Shown in pieces: positions 42,136 to 52,352 of a stretch of 64,000 nucleotides of DNA. A program made the translations under genes and the position numbers. The DNA lies in NCBI GenBank assembly GCA_050173015.1, contig JBFXLE010000002.1, positions 128,001 through 192,000 on the forward strand, read 5' to 3'. The notes beneath the pieces are model-generated. The model was not told the DNA's origin. It saw only the letters and a program-made list of their open reading frames with translations, and made no database searches. The stretch's first letter is position 1. Every line of letters starts with the position of its first letter. The DNA comes from Calditrichaceae bacterium. GTDB lineage: Bacteria; Calditrichota; Calditrichia; Calditrichales; JBFXGD01.

Positions 42136-42987
42136 ATGAATGAAAGCAATTCCAATCTATCTATATTTGAACAGCTTAGAAATATTCGCATTGAGCAAAA
42201 AGTTGATTTGAACGATGTTTCGCAAAAAAGCCGTATTCAGTTGAAATATCTGGAAGCAATTGAAGCCGGTGATATTGAACAAATTCCGGAAGTTTATGAT
42301 AAACTTTTTTTTCAAACCTATCTGTCCTTTCTTAGTGTAGAGAATCCTAAATACTTCCTTGATGAGTATCAAAAGCTAAGAAAGCAGTCGAAAATTTCTC
42401 ATCCTACGACAACTATTAGAAGAATTACGACATCATCAATTGAACCCGATGGGCTATTTAGTTTAAAAAAAGTGCTTTTTTTGCTGCCGGTGGTTATTTT
42501 GGTAGTTATTATAGCATTCATGGCCTTTCACTCTGAAAAGGTTGAAACTCCCGATTCTGATACAGTAAAGGAACTCTCTGTGCGGGATGTGGTTAATGAG
42601 ATTGAAGCAAAAAACATTCCGGTTGTTGATACCAGCATGACGGTTACAGAGGAAAAGCCGGTAAAACCAGCATCCGAAAGCGTGCAGGTTGATCTGAACG
42701 CGACTGAGCTTACCTGGCTGCGATTCATCAAGGATGCTGCAGATACAACAGAATATACTCTGATCCCCGGAAACAAGTTGAGGATCAATGCTGACTCGAC
42801 CCTTGTTTTCGTTGTTGGTAATGCGGGAGGGGTAAATTTTACGATAAACGGAAAAGACGAGGGCGCATTGGGTAAATCCGCTGAAGTAATTGTGTATTTA
42901 AAAATTACAAGTAAGGGTATTGTGGGAAAAACCATGAAACAGATTACCAAAAAGGACGTGACGAATGATTCGCTTGTTGTCAATTAG
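42136..42987 (+). CDS. rodZ: RodZ-like protein (HTH - TM - DUF4115)
   Basis: LRNIR...YLEAIEAG HTH, single TM, C-terminal TWLR...GNAGGV..INGK. Confidence 0.85.
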   Translation: MNESNSNLSIFEQLRNIRIEQKVDLNDVSQKSRIQLKYLEAIEAGDIEQIPEVYDKLFFQTYLSFLSVENPKYFLDEYQKLRKQSKISHPTTTIRRITTSSIEPDGLFSLKKVLFLLPVVILVVIIAFMAFHSEKVETPDSDTVKELSVRDVVNEIEAKNIPVVDTSMTVTEEKPVKPASESVQVDLNATELTWLRFIKDAADTTEYTLIPGNKLRINADSTLVFVVGNAGGVNFTINGKDEGALGKSAEVIVYLKITSKGIVGKTMKQITKKDVTNDSLVVN

Positions 42988-43483
42988 CCTAATGGTGATG
43001 TCTGTATTATTTAGCTGTAACAGGTCATCCATGAATCAATTACGCACACAAAAAATCATACGAAATGATATAAAAATGTTATACGGCAAATCTTCGATGG
43101 AACAAATCTACTTCGATTACCCCGAATGGAAACTCAGAGAAGAAAATTATCATCCGGATGAAAGCACCATTGAAGAATTGAAAGGGATATCAGGAAATTA
43201 TAAGATTGATATATTTCTTGGAACCTGGTGCAGTGACAGTGAGAGAGAAGTACCCAGATTTTATAAAGTCCTGAAAAATTCATCGCTTGATAAAAAAATA
43301 AAATTAAATATCTGGGCTGTAGACCGAAAGAAAAATTTGGAAAACGATCTGCCTAAACAGGTTGGATTGGAACTTGTACCCACATTTATAATCATTAAAG
43401 ACGGGAATGAAATCGGCCGCATTATCGAAACGCCGGCCAATACATTGGAAATGGATATTCTGCAAATATTACAGCAATTATAA
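42965..43483 (+). CDS. Thioredoxin-fold lipoprotein (CxxS)
   Basis: Lipobox VLFSC, GTWCSDS, VPTFII, EIGRIIETP. Confidence 0.85.
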   Translation: MIRLLSISLMVMSVLFSCNRSSMNQLRTQKIIRNDIKMLYGKSSMEQIYFDYPEWKLREENYHPDESTIEELKGISGNYKIDIFLGTWCSDSEREVPRFYKVLKNSSLDKKIKLNIWAVDRKKNLENDLPKQVGLELVPTFIIIKDGNEIGRIIETPANTLEMDILQILQQL

Positions 43484-43598
43484 AATATGTTAACGGGTCA
43501 GTATTCACCGTTGATTTGTTAGATTAACAAAATTCGAATTTATTCTGAAAAAACCATTAAATTAATTTCAGAATGGCGGGTTATTTAAATATAGAGGC

Positions 43599-43904
43599 AT
43601 GAAAATGGGGAAGAAAAACCATAAAAAACAGCAGATCAGGAAACAACAATCTGAACCTGAGGTTGAAAAGGAAGAAACAACCAGACCGGAAGTCGAAAAT
43701 CTCTATAAAAAAATCATACGCGCAATGAGTTGGATTGTGGGTTTTTGTTTTATAATGATTATTATTCTTCCTGAATTTAATTCGGCATTGCTGGATAAGA
43801 TCACAAAAATATTATTTTATATAGGGATCATAAATTTGCTGGTTTTCACAGTTATAGAATTTGTAAGCAATAGCTTTAAGAAGACATTGAGTAAATTAGT
43901 GTAA
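43599..43904 (+). CDS. Hypothetical two-TM membrane protein
   Basis: GAGG RBS; two hydrophobic helices; 5 nt before the kinase gene. Confidence 0.7.
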   Translation: MKMGKKNHKKQQIRKQQSEPEVEKEETTRPEVENLYKKIIRAMSWIVGFCFIMIIILPEFNSALLDKITKILFYIGIINLLVFTVIEFVSNSFKKTLSKLV

Positions 43905-43909
43905 AACAG

Positions 43910-45469
43910 ATGACTCATAATATTTTAATTATTGATGATGACGCTGATATCAGAGAAACTCTTTCGACTATTTTAACTTCTGAATCATACAATGTATTCA
44001 GTTGCGGGTCTTCCGTTGAGGGCAACGAACTGCTAAAGCATACCAATTTTTCCACCATCATCGTGGATATTTTTTTACCGGATCTCAATGGAATAGATTT
44101 TATTAAAAACCGTCAAAAAGATAAAAATGTTATACCTGTAATTATCATAACCGGTAGTTCGGAACTAAATTATGCCCGTGAAGCAATCAGATTGAAAGTC
44201 TATGATTATCTGGTTAAACCCTTTAAAAACAGTCATTTTCTTCAGGTTGTAAGAAATGCTGTTCTACAGTTTCAATTAGAAGAAGAAAAAAGAATTCTCG
44301 AACAACAAAAATCCTTCTATCAGGAAGAGCTTGAAACAATTGTGCAACAAAAAATATCCCAGCTCAAGGAATCGGAAATAAAATATTCAAATCTGGTGGA
44401 ACAGTCACTGATAGGAGTTTATCTTGTCCAGAATGATGTGTTCAAGTATGTCAATGAAAAATTTTGTGAAATATTCGGTTATTCCAGTGAGGAACTTATA
44501 AATCTAAAAGGGATCATGGATCTTGCTGTTCCTGAGAATCAGGAGATGATCAGGGAAATGTTTACGCACGGACTTTACGATAATAACGGCTCTGCAGACA
44601 ATCTGACATTTCATGCGATAACAAAAACCGGAGACCGGCTCGTTCTTGAAGCTTGGGCCGGTATTGTACAGTACAATGGAGAATCGGCAATCGAGGGGAT
44701 TTTTGTTGATATTACAGAAAAGCACAATTTTAAGGAAAGAGAAGAGCAGTTACAGTTGGAACTTCTTAATGAGAATAAATTAGCGGCAATCGGGCAACTG
44801 GCAACGGGAATTGCTCACAATTTAAATACACCGATCTCAATTATTCAGGGGAATGCCGAACTACTCAAATTAAAATACGATGAAGCTATCGAGATCGATA
44901 AAATATTAAAGCAGACCGCAAGGATGTCTGACCTGATAAATACGATATTGACGAAGGGACGTAAAGAACAGGATACGAGAGATAGAATTCTGGATATCAA
45001 TGAGATTCTAAAAGATGAACTGGATTTTCTGGATGCCAATCTTTATTTCAAGCATCATATTGAAAAAGAGTATCATTTTGAAAAGGACTTACCCAGAATC
45101 AGAGGCGTTTATTCTGATTTCTCCCAGAGTATACACAATATCCTGCAGAACTCTATTGACGCCATGCGCGAGACCAAAATCCGGGAATTAACCATAATTA
45201 CCAGGAGCGAGAAGGACTATATTTGCATCATCATTAAAGATACGGGAAGCGGAATGACAGAGGATGTACAACAAAAATTATATGTTCCCTTTTTTACAAC
45301 TAAATCTCCTCTGAATGATGCGAATCAGAATAGTGAAATTCCCCATGGAACAGGACTGGGATTATCAATGACTTATAATCTTCTTAAACCGTATGGTGTA
45401 AAAATAGATTACTCTACTAAATTAAACAAAGGCACCGAATTTATCATTAGAATCCCGCTTAACAGATAA
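43910..45469 (+). CDS. Hybrid sensor kinase (REC-PAS-HisKA-HATPase)
   Basis: N-terminal REC (IDDD, VDIFLPD, KP), PAS (YVNEKFCEIFGY), IAHNLNTP, DTGSG, GTGLGL. Confidence 0.92.
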   Translation: MTHNILIIDDDADIRETLSTILTSESYNVFSCGSSVEGNELLKHTNFSTIIVDIFLPDLNGIDFIKNRQKDKNVIPVIIITGSSELNYAREAIRLKVYDYLVKPFKNSHFLQVVRNAVLQFQLEEEKRILEQQKSFYQEELETIVQQKISQLKESEIKYSNLVEQSLIGVYLVQNDVFKYVNEKFCEIFGYSSEELINLKGIMDLAVPENQEMIREMFTHGLYDNNGSADNLTFHAITKTGDRLVLEAWAGIVQYNGESAIEGIFVDITEKHNFKEREEQLQLELLNENKLAAIGQLATGIAHNLNTPISIIQGNAELLKLKYDEAIEIDKILKQTARMSDLINTILTKGRKEQDTRDRILDINEILKDELDFLDANLYFKHHIEKEYHFEKDLPRIRGVYSDFSQSIHNILQNSIDAMRETKIRELTIITRSEKDYICIIIKDTGSGMTEDVQQKLYVPFFTTKSPLNDANQNSEIPHGTGLGLSMTYNLLKPYGVKIDYSTKLNKGTEFIIRIPLNR

Positions 45470-45573
45470 TTCATTTCTCCATAATATTATTCATGCCCAA
45501 TAATAATTCTTGAAAATTATAAAATGTTGTTTTACATTTGTTTATGCTGATTATTTAAAGTGGAGAAGGAAAT

Positions 45574-46566
45574 TTGATTTCTATAGATAAAGACCGAATA
45601 AAAAAAATTTTTGAAAATTTTCAGAATAAAAAAATCCTTGTTTTGGGTGATGTGATGATTGATGAGTATCTTTTAGGATATGTAAATCGAATGTCCCCCG
45701 AAGCGCCGGTTCCGGTCATTGAGATTGAAAATGAGCTGCTAAAGTTTGGCGGGGCCGCGAATGTAGCCCTGAATTTAAAATCCCTGGGTTGTGAACCCAT
45801 TCTTACAGGACTTATAGGACAGGATAGAATGGGAGACATGTTCATGGAGCTGATGCGGGAAAATGATATGGATGTTAATGGGATCATTCGTTCCGGGAAC
45901 AGGCCAACGACTGTCAAAACCAGAATTATTGGCAATAATCAACACATTGCCCGAGTGGATAAGGAACACAGAGAGTATGTTGCGGGTCCGGTGATTAAAG
46001 AAATCAAACAGCATATAGATGAGTTACTGCGGGGAATCGACGCGATTGTTATTCAGGACTACAACAAGGGTATGCTGCCGGTTGAGATCATTGAGTTTGC
46101 TTTAGAAATTGCAAAGGAAAGAAATATAATCACGACTGTCGATCCGAAATTCATTAATTTTTTGTCTTATAAAAACACATCAGTTTTTAAACCAAATATT
46201 AAGGAAGCCGCGCAGGCTCTTGCCAGAGTGATAGAGACTGATGATGATGTGTTGGCCGCCGGTAGTGAACTGTTGAAAATCCTGAACGCCGGCAGTATCC
46301 TGCTTACACGAGGTCCGAAGGGATTGTCTCTTTTTGAAGCAAACGGAGAAATAAGTCACATACCGACCCGCGCGAGAAAAGTTGCTGACGTTTCAGGCGC
46401 CGGGGATACGGTGATAAGTACAATGACAGCTGCGCTTGTCGGAAACGCTTCATATAAAGAAGCGGCGTATTTTGCTAATAGCGCGGCCGGAATTGTTTGT
46501 GAAGAAGTGGGTATTGTAGCGATTGAGAAACAGAGATTGTTAAATAATATTCTGGATTCGGAGTAG
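45574..46566 (+). CDS. rfaE1: D-glycero-beta-D-manno-heptose-7-phosphate kinase
   Basis: GDVMIDEY, RMSPEAPVPV, GGAANVA, DVSGAGDTV. Confidence 0.95.
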   Translation: MISIDKDRIKKIFENFQNKKILVLGDVMIDEYLLGYVNRMSPEAPVPVIEIENELLKFGGAANVALNLKSLGCEPILTGLIGQDRMGDMFMELMRENDMDVNGIIRSGNRPTTVKTRIIGNNQHIARVDKEHREYVAGPVIKEIKQHIDELLRGIDAIVIQDYNKGMLPVEIIEFALEIAKERNIITTVDPKFINFLSYKNTSVFKPNIKEAAQALARVIETDDDVLAAGSELLKILNAGSILLTRGPKGLSLFEANGEISHIPTRARKVADVSGAGDTVISTMTAALVGNASYKEAAYFANSAAGIVCEEVGIVAIEKQRLLNNILDSE

Positions 46567-46569
46567 TTA

Positions 46570-47052
46570 TTGAATTTAATAATTCCGTCAAATGAAATAA
46601 CAGAACTTATTCAAAAGTTTAGAGAAGAAAAGAACTACTCGATTGCATTCACCAATGGATGCTTTGATATTTTGCATCGAGGTCATGTAGTTTACCTTGA
46701 GAAGGCCAAAGAATATGCATCGATATTAATTGTTGGTTTAAACTCCGATGATTCGGTACGCCGTTTAAAAGGAGAGGGGAGACCCTTAATGTCTGAGGAA
46801 GACAGGGCATTTATACTGTCAAGACTGGAATCGGTGGACATCGTTTGTATTTTTGAAGAAGACACGCCGTATGAATTGATAAAAAAAATTCATCCGGATA
46901 TTTTAGTAAAGGGCGGGGATTATCGTGTCGAAGATATTGTAGGTAGAGATATCGTCGAGGAAAGCGGGGGCAAAGTATTAACAATCCCCCTGGTTCCGGG
47001 ACGCTCAACAACTAGCATTGTTAATAAAGCAAATAAACAAATTAAAGATTGA
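46570..47052 (+). CDS. rfaE2: D-glycero-beta-D-manno-heptose 1-phosphate adenylyltransferase
   Basis: FTNGCFDILHRGH, GLNSDDSVRRLKG, LVKGGDY, STT. Confidence 0.95.
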   Translation: MNLIIPSNEITELIQKFREEKNYSIAFTNGCFDILHRGHVVYLEKAKEYASILIVGLNSDDSVRRLKGEGRPLMSEEDRAFILSRLESVDIVCIFEEDTPYELIKKIHPDILVKGGDYRVEDIVGRDIVEESGGKVLTIPLVPGRSTTSIVNKANKQIKD

Positions 47053-47072
47053 AACGAAAAAAGGAAACGCCA

Positions 47073-48935
47073 GTGATAAAGAAATCCTTTCCGATTCTTG
47101 CAATTTTGATTGCATTATTCATCGGTTCATGTCAAACGACAAAACTGCAGAAACCAGTTGCCGCTGACCGGAACTATCTCAGTTCTTTTCCCGATAATAT
47201 CTGGGTTTCCGAAGAAGTTAATTCCAGACTTGATTCTTTGTTCTTCTACTTCAATCAAGCGCAGAGAAAACTAAGCGATCATGATACGATGGGGGCGGAA
47301 ATATATTTTGATTATTCATTCGAGCTTCAGTCAAAATTCACGGATCAGGATCGCGCCACATTGACAAATTGGGCGGCTTATGATTCAATGATGCATCTCA
47401 TCAATGATGCTTACGAACGACTCTATACACAAAAAGAAATTGATATGGCGGCCGAAGAGATAAGGGAGGATATCACTGAATTTGAAGAATCGTTTTACGC
47501 GGATTCGGTTTTGTTCGGAGACGGGACGGTCATCGATTCAAGCGGTATGCTTCCGATTACTTTAAATGATAAGGTTAGGCTTGCCATCAAATATTTTCAA
47601 ACAAAGGGCAGACCCGTATTTACGCGTTGGCTGGAGAGAAGCGGAAAATACGAGCCGATGGTTCGGGAAATACTGCGAGAAAAGAATCTACCTGAAGATT
47701 TAGTTTATCTCGCGATGATAGAAAGTGGATTTAATCCTCACGCTTATTCATACGCCCGGGCTGCCGGTATGTGGCAGTTTATATCAGCAACAGGCCGCTA
47801 CTATGGGTTAAGACATGACTGGTGGTTCGATGAGCGCAGGGACTATTTTAAAGCAACCATCGCGGCGGCAGAACATCTGGATGATCTATATGAACGGTTT
47901 GATGACTGGTATCTCGCGCTGGCCGGATATAATTGTAATCCTAAAAAAGTTGAAAAGAATATGCGCAGATATGATACAAGGGACTTTTGGCAATTAAGGA
48001 GCCTGCCAAGACAAACACGGAATTATGTCCCTACTTTTCTGGCGGCTACAATTATAGCGAAGGATCCGGAAAAATTTGGTTTTTATGTCGATAAACAAGA
48101 TCCAATAGAAATTGATATGGTCGAGATCTCAGAATCGATAGATCTGAATGTGGTGGCTAAGGCGGTTGATACTACATATTCCTTCATTAAAGAAATTAAT
48201 CCGGCAGTGTTGCGCTGGGTAACGCCTCCTGGAGTAAAAGACTTTATTCTCTACCTTCCAAAAGGCAAGGCGCAGCAGTTTAAGGAAAAATACGCGAGTT
48301 TGCCTGATGATGAGAAGAGATCATGGGTTCGTCATCAAATACAAAGCGGGCAAACTCTTTCGACAATCGCTCAAAAATATCACACAAGTATCGATGTTAT
48401 AAGATCAACAAATAATCTATCAGGAAATATTATTAGAGCAGGTCATTATTTATTAATTCCTGTTCCGCAAAATAGCACTCATTTCAAATATTCGTCCGTC
48501 TCATATTCTCAATCATCCAAACCGAAACGGCAATCCAGGCCCAAATCGGTAGTTACAAATGTGCCGGGACATAAGAAAATTATTTATGAAGTTAAAAGCG
48601 GTAACACTCTTGGAGAAATTGCCGAGCTTTTCAATACCAGAGCAAGCAAAATCAGGTCGTGGAACGGCTTAAGTTATGGTTCGTATATATATCCAAAGCA
48701 GAAACTGGTAATTTGGATACCGGAAGACATGGATGAAATCAGGCAGAATATAAAAAAAGAAATCGTGACCGTATCCAGCAACGAATCGGGGAATTACTAC
48801 ACTGTTCGTTCCGGCGATACATTGTGGGATATAGCTAAAAAATACGGCATTTCTATCAAGGAAATAAGAAAATTAAACAACCTTAACAATTCGTTGATAA
48901 AACCGGGTGACCGCTTAAAAGTCAGTTCCAATTAG
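47073..48935 (+). CDS. mltD: MltD-like lytic murein transglycosylase lipoprotein with three LysM domains
   Basis: Lipobox FIGSC, IESGF, AAGMWQF, LAGYN, TRNYVP, three LysM repeats. GTG 47073 preferred over TTG 47049. Confidence 0.9.
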   Translation: MIKKSFPILAILIALFIGSCQTTKLQKPVAADRNYLSSFPDNIWVSEEVNSRLDSLFFYFNQAQRKLSDHDTMGAEIYFDYSFELQSKFTDQDRATLTNWAAYDSMMHLINDAYERLYTQKEIDMAAEEIREDITEFEESFYADSVLFGDGTVIDSSGMLPITLNDKVRLAIKYFQTKGRPVFTRWLERSGKYEPMVREILREKNLPEDLVYLAMIESGFNPHAYSYARAAGMWQFISATGRYYGLRHDWWFDERRDYFKATIAAAEHLDDLYERFDDWYLALAGYNCNPKKVEKNMRRYDTRDFWQLRSLPRQTRNYVPTFLAATIIAKDPEKFGFYVDKQDPIEIDMVEISESIDLNVVAKAVDTTYSFIKEINPAVLRWVTPPGVKDFILYLPKGKAQQFKEKYASLPDDEKRSWVRHQIQSGQTLSTIAQKYHTSIDVIRSTNNLSGNIIRAGHYLLIPVPQNSTHFKYSSVSYSQSSKPKRQSRPKSVVTNVPGHKKIIYEVKSGNTLGEIAELFNTRASKIRSWNGLSYGSYIYPKQKLVIWIPEDMDEIRQNIKKEIVTVSSNESGNYYTVRSGDTLWDIAKKYGISIKEIRKLNNLNNSLIKPGDRLKVSSN

Positions 48936-49005
48936 CTTATAATAAAATTGACTTTTAATGTACAAATTGATTAAATTACAAACCTTTATTGAACTTGATC
49001 GATAT

Positions 49006-49746
49006 ATGATGAATAAAACTGAAACTAAATATTGCAGGATTTGCGGCGCTGAGAATCTGACAGACGCAGTTTATTGTATGAAATGCGGCAAGAAACTAGC
49101 CACGCCCGGGAGTAAATCAGCCAAAACAACCGGTTCCGGTAAAAAAGATGTGAAAACTTCACCGGTAAACTCATATACAATCATTGCAATCGCATTTGTT
49201 TTTGCTGTGACAATCATCCTGATTATTTTCAGAAGCAACAGAATGCGGTTAACGGAGAAACTCGAAGCAGCAGGCATCACAAGTACACAATCCACTGCTC
49301 CGGGGAGTCAGCCAGATTCAGATGTTATGAATCATCTTAGGGATCTCCAGCAGGCATTGCTAAGTGATCCGGATAACTATGATCTTAACATTCAGGCAGG
49401 TAATAGTTATTTTGATATCGGGAGGTTCGAATCTGCTATCGTTCATTATAAACAGGCGTTAAAAACTAAAAGTACCGATTCAAATGTCCTGATAGATCTT
49501 GGAGTTTCATTCTTTAATGTCAATCAACCGGATTCATCTTTGTATTATATGAATCGCGCATTGGAGATTAACCCGACTCATTTACAGGGATTGTACAATA
49601 CTGGAATTGTAAACTATAATATTGGTAAGGTTGATGTAGCTGTTTCCTTTTGGCAAAAGCTGATTTCAATTCATCCGGAAAGCAGGGAATCCCAGGCAGC
49701 GAGGCAGTTTATTGAACAAATAAAAAGTCAATCACAAAGTGGATAA
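49006..49746 (+). CDS. Zinc-ribbon + TM + TPR protein
   Basis: CRICG...CMKCG, one TM helix, several TPR repeats. Confidence 0.85.
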   Translation: MMNKTETKYCRICGAENLTDAVYCMKCGKKLATPGSKSAKTTGSGKKDVKTSPVNSYTIIAIAFVFAVTIILIIFRSNRMRLTEKLEAAGITSTQSTAPGSQPDSDVMNHLRDLQQALLSDPDNYDLNIQAGNSYFDIGRFESAIVHYKQALKTKSTDSNVLIDLGVSFFNVNQPDSSLYYMNRALEINPTHLQGLYNTGIVNYNIGKVDVAVSFWQKLISIHPESRESQAARQFIEQIKSQSQSG

Positions 49747-49783
49747 TATTAAACATCGCATAAATTAACAGGAGATCTAATCT

Positions 49784-49879
49784 ATGCCCAGTGGTAAGAA
49801 AAGAAAACGCTCGAAGATGGCGACTCACAAAAGGAAGAAAAGACTTAGAAAGAATCGCCATAAAAAGAAAAATCGCTAA
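49784..49879 (+). CDS. Small ribosomal protein bS22 (AURKAIP1/COX24, mS38-like), 31 aa
   Basis: MPSGKKRKRSKMATHKRKKRLRKNRHKKKNR; AGGAG RBS upstream and terminator downstream; below the ORF-track size cut-off. Confidence 0.9.
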   Translation: MPSGKKRKRSKMATHKRKKRLRKNRHKKKNR

Positions 49880-49888
49880 TTTCAATAG

Positions 49889-49915
49889 AAGGTTCATTAA
49901 AATGAGCCTTTTTTT
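49889..49915 (+). terminator. Intrinsic terminator after bS22
   Basis: AAGGTTCATT / AATGAGCCTT plus T run. Confidence 0.8.
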
Positions 49916-49945
49916 ATTTCAATATGAATAGTTTGGAATTCCGAG

Positions 49946-51148
49946 ATGAGTGAATCAAATATCTACAGTGTCGGTGAAATTACGCGGACAATCAAATTAT
50001 TGATCGAAGAAAATATTCCCACTCTCTGGATCGAAGGAGAAGTTTCAAATTTTAAACCTCATTATTCCGGTCATTTTTATTTTACCTTAAAGGATAGTGT
50101 ATCACAGATATCTGCCGTTATGTGGTCATCGCGCGCCACTAAGATAGATTTTGACCTGGAGGACGGGATGTTGGTACAAGCCTTGGGAAATGTTCGTCTT
50201 TGGGAGAAATCAGGCCGCTATCAGTTTGATGTTCTTAGAATGCAACCGGCCGGAATCGGTCAGCTCCAGATGGCATTCGAAAGGCTAAAACAAAAACTCC
50301 AGACGGAGGGTCTTTTTGACCCCGAACATAAAAAAACCTTGCCTCCATATCCGCATAAAATAGGGATTGTAACTTCATCTACAGGTGCCGCCATTAAGGA
50401 TATTATCAATGTTTTGAAACGCAGGGCGCCTCATGTGGAAATCATTGTCAGATCCGCTAAGGTACAGGGAGAAGGCGCGGCAGAAGACATCGCTGAAGCG
50501 GTCAGAGAGTTCAATCGATATAAGAATGTCGATATTCTAATTGTCGGCCGCGGTGGTGGTTCGCTGGAAGATTTGTGGCCATTTAATGAAGAAGTCGTTG
50601 CGCGCGCGATTTATGAATCAGAAATACCGGTGGTGTCCGCTGTGGGGCATGAAATCGACTTCACCATTTCCGATTTTGTGGCTGATTTACGGGCGCCTAC
50701 CCCATCCGCGGCCGCAGAATTAGTCGTTCCCGATTATCATGAACTAAGAAATAAAATCCTCGAATATTACCATCGTCTTTATTCAGGCATGGAAGACCGG
50801 ATTGAGTATAACAGGGAGAAGATTATATTCTTTCAAAAAAGTTATGGAATGCGCCGTCCGGATGATTTGATTAGACAATATATGGTTCAGATTGATGACA
50901 TTAATCTCAGAATTAGCCAAGGGGTCAAAAATCTGCTTTTCAGGAAAAGTGAATATGTCAATCAGATGTCGCATCGGTTGACCAACCTGAATCCCAAAAA
51001 AGTACTCGAACGAGGTTATAGTATTTCGTATATTGACGGTGAAATTATTAAGAATGCGGAACAGGTTACCGCGGGAAGAGAACTGGAGACGCAATTATTC
51101 AAGGGTAGAGTGACGAGTATCGTAAGCAAGACAAAAAAGGACGAATGA
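49946..51148 (+). CDS. xseA: Exodeoxyribonuclease VII large subunit
   Basis: GEVSNF, SGHFYFTLKD, RGGGSLEDL, SAVGHEID, APTPSAAAE. Confidence 0.97.
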   Translation: MSESNIYSVGEITRTIKLLIEENIPTLWIEGEVSNFKPHYSGHFYFTLKDSVSQISAVMWSSRATKIDFDLEDGMLVQALGNVRLWEKSGRYQFDVLRMQPAGIGQLQMAFERLKQKLQTEGLFDPEHKKTLPPYPHKIGIVTSSTGAAIKDIINVLKRRAPHVEIIVRSAKVQGEGAAEDIAEAVREFNRYKNVDILIVGRGGGSLEDLWPFNEEVVARAIYESEIPVVSAVGHEIDFTISDFVADLRAPTPSAAAELVVPDYHELRNKILEYYHRLYSGMEDRIEYNREKIIFFQKSYGMRRPDDLIRQYMVQIDDINLRISQGVKNLLFRKSEYVNQMSHRLTNLNPKKVLERGYSISYIDGEIIKNAEQVTAGRELETQLFKGRVTSIVSKTKKDE

Positions 51149-51152
51149 AAAT

Positions 51153-51374
51153 ATGGCATCAAAAAAAATGACATTTGAGTCGGCATTGCAGCGTCTCGAA
51201 GAAATTGTTGAGCAGGCAGAAAAAGGTGAAATAAGTCTGGATGAGAGCCTGAAAATGTTTGAAGAAGGAAGCAATTTGATAAAATACTGTCTGAAGAGCT
51301 TAGATGCTGCAGAAAAAAAGATTCAACTGCTAAGCAAAGGGGATAAAGAAGAATTCCAGTTGGACTTACTTTGA
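51153..51374 (+). CDS. xseB: Exodeoxyribonuclease VII small subunit
   Basis: TFESALQRLEEIV...SLDESLKMFEEG...L..AEKKI. Confidence 0.96.
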   Translation: MASKKMTFESALQRLEEIVEQAEKGEISLDESLKMFEEGSNLIKYCLKSLDAAEKKIQLLSKGDKEEFQLDLL

Positions 51375-51402
51375 GCATCTCGTTTAAAAGGAGAGACCGG
51401 TC

Positions 51403-52308
51403 ATTTTAAAAAAGACTATTGGGTTGATCTTAAACCCGAGAAAAGAACAGGTTCAGGCGCCGCTTGATGAGCTTAATGCCTGGATAGAAAAATTTTCCCC
51501 GGAAGCCAATTTCCTGCTTTGTACCTATGACTCTAAATATATAACACATGAGTTGAGGGAATTTAAACGGGTCGGAGAGACGGAATTATTTAATAAATCT
51601 GATCTCGTCGTGACGCTTGGTGGTGATGGCACCATATTAAGGACTGTTCATCAAATGGGGCCGGATTCGAAACCAGTACTGGGAGTAAACCTCGGCGGTC
51701 TCGGTTTTTTAGCAGAAACACATCCGGAAAATATTGTACATCATGTCAAGGCTTATTTGGATGATACTTTTTTTATAGACCAGCGAACACTGCTAAAATG
51801 TACTGAAAATAAAAGCGGTGATACTTTTTATGCATTTAATGATATCGTTTTCGATAAAGCCGGATTTTCAAGGGTCATTGAGATAGTTACAAAGGTGGAT
51901 GACTGTCTCCTGAACTCATATATTGCAGACGGTTTGATTCTCTCGACTCCCACCGGCTCAACAGGATATTCTTTATCGGGGGGAGGCCCGATTGTTGTAC
52001 CGCAGACAAATGTATTTATAATAAACCCTATCTGCCCGCATTCACTGACCAACCGACCGGTCGTGGTTCCGGACGAAAGCGCAATTTCCATACAGGTATT
52101 TACCGAATTTGATAAGATAAATCTATTTTGTGATGGACAAAGAGAAAAAAGCTACTCCAGCGGCACATCTTTTGTAATTCAGAAAGGTGAATACAAGGCA
52201 AATCTTGTAAAAATGAAACCGCAGGGCTTTTATGAAACCCTGCGGAATAAACTAGGTTGGGGAGATGATTTTCGCGACAAGAATCGCTGGTCCTACCAAA
52301 AAAAATAA
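51403..52308 (+). CDS. nadK: NAD kinase
   Basis: LGGDGT, GVNLGGLGFL, ND, DGLILSTPTGSTGYSLSGGGP, PICPH. Start probably ATT 51403; the ORF track gives TTG 51424. Confidence 0.95.
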   Translation: MLKKTIGLILNPRKEQVQAPLDELNAWIEKFSPEANFLLCTYDSKYITHELREFKRVGETELFNKSDLVVTLGGDGTILRTVHQMGPDSKPVLGVNLGGLGFLAETHPENIVHHVKAYLDDTFFIDQRTLLKCTENKSGDTFYAFNDIVFDKAGFSRVIEIVTKVDDCLLNSYIADGLILSTPTGSTGYSLSGGGPIVVPQTNVFIINPICPHSLTNRPVVVPDESAISIQVFTEFDKINLFCDGQREKSYSSGTSFVIQKGEYKANLVKMKPQGFYETLRNKLGWGDDFRDKNRWSYQKK

Positions 52309-52352
52309 TCCTAGACATTCATGACAACTTACCGGGAGATTCTTTAATCCGG

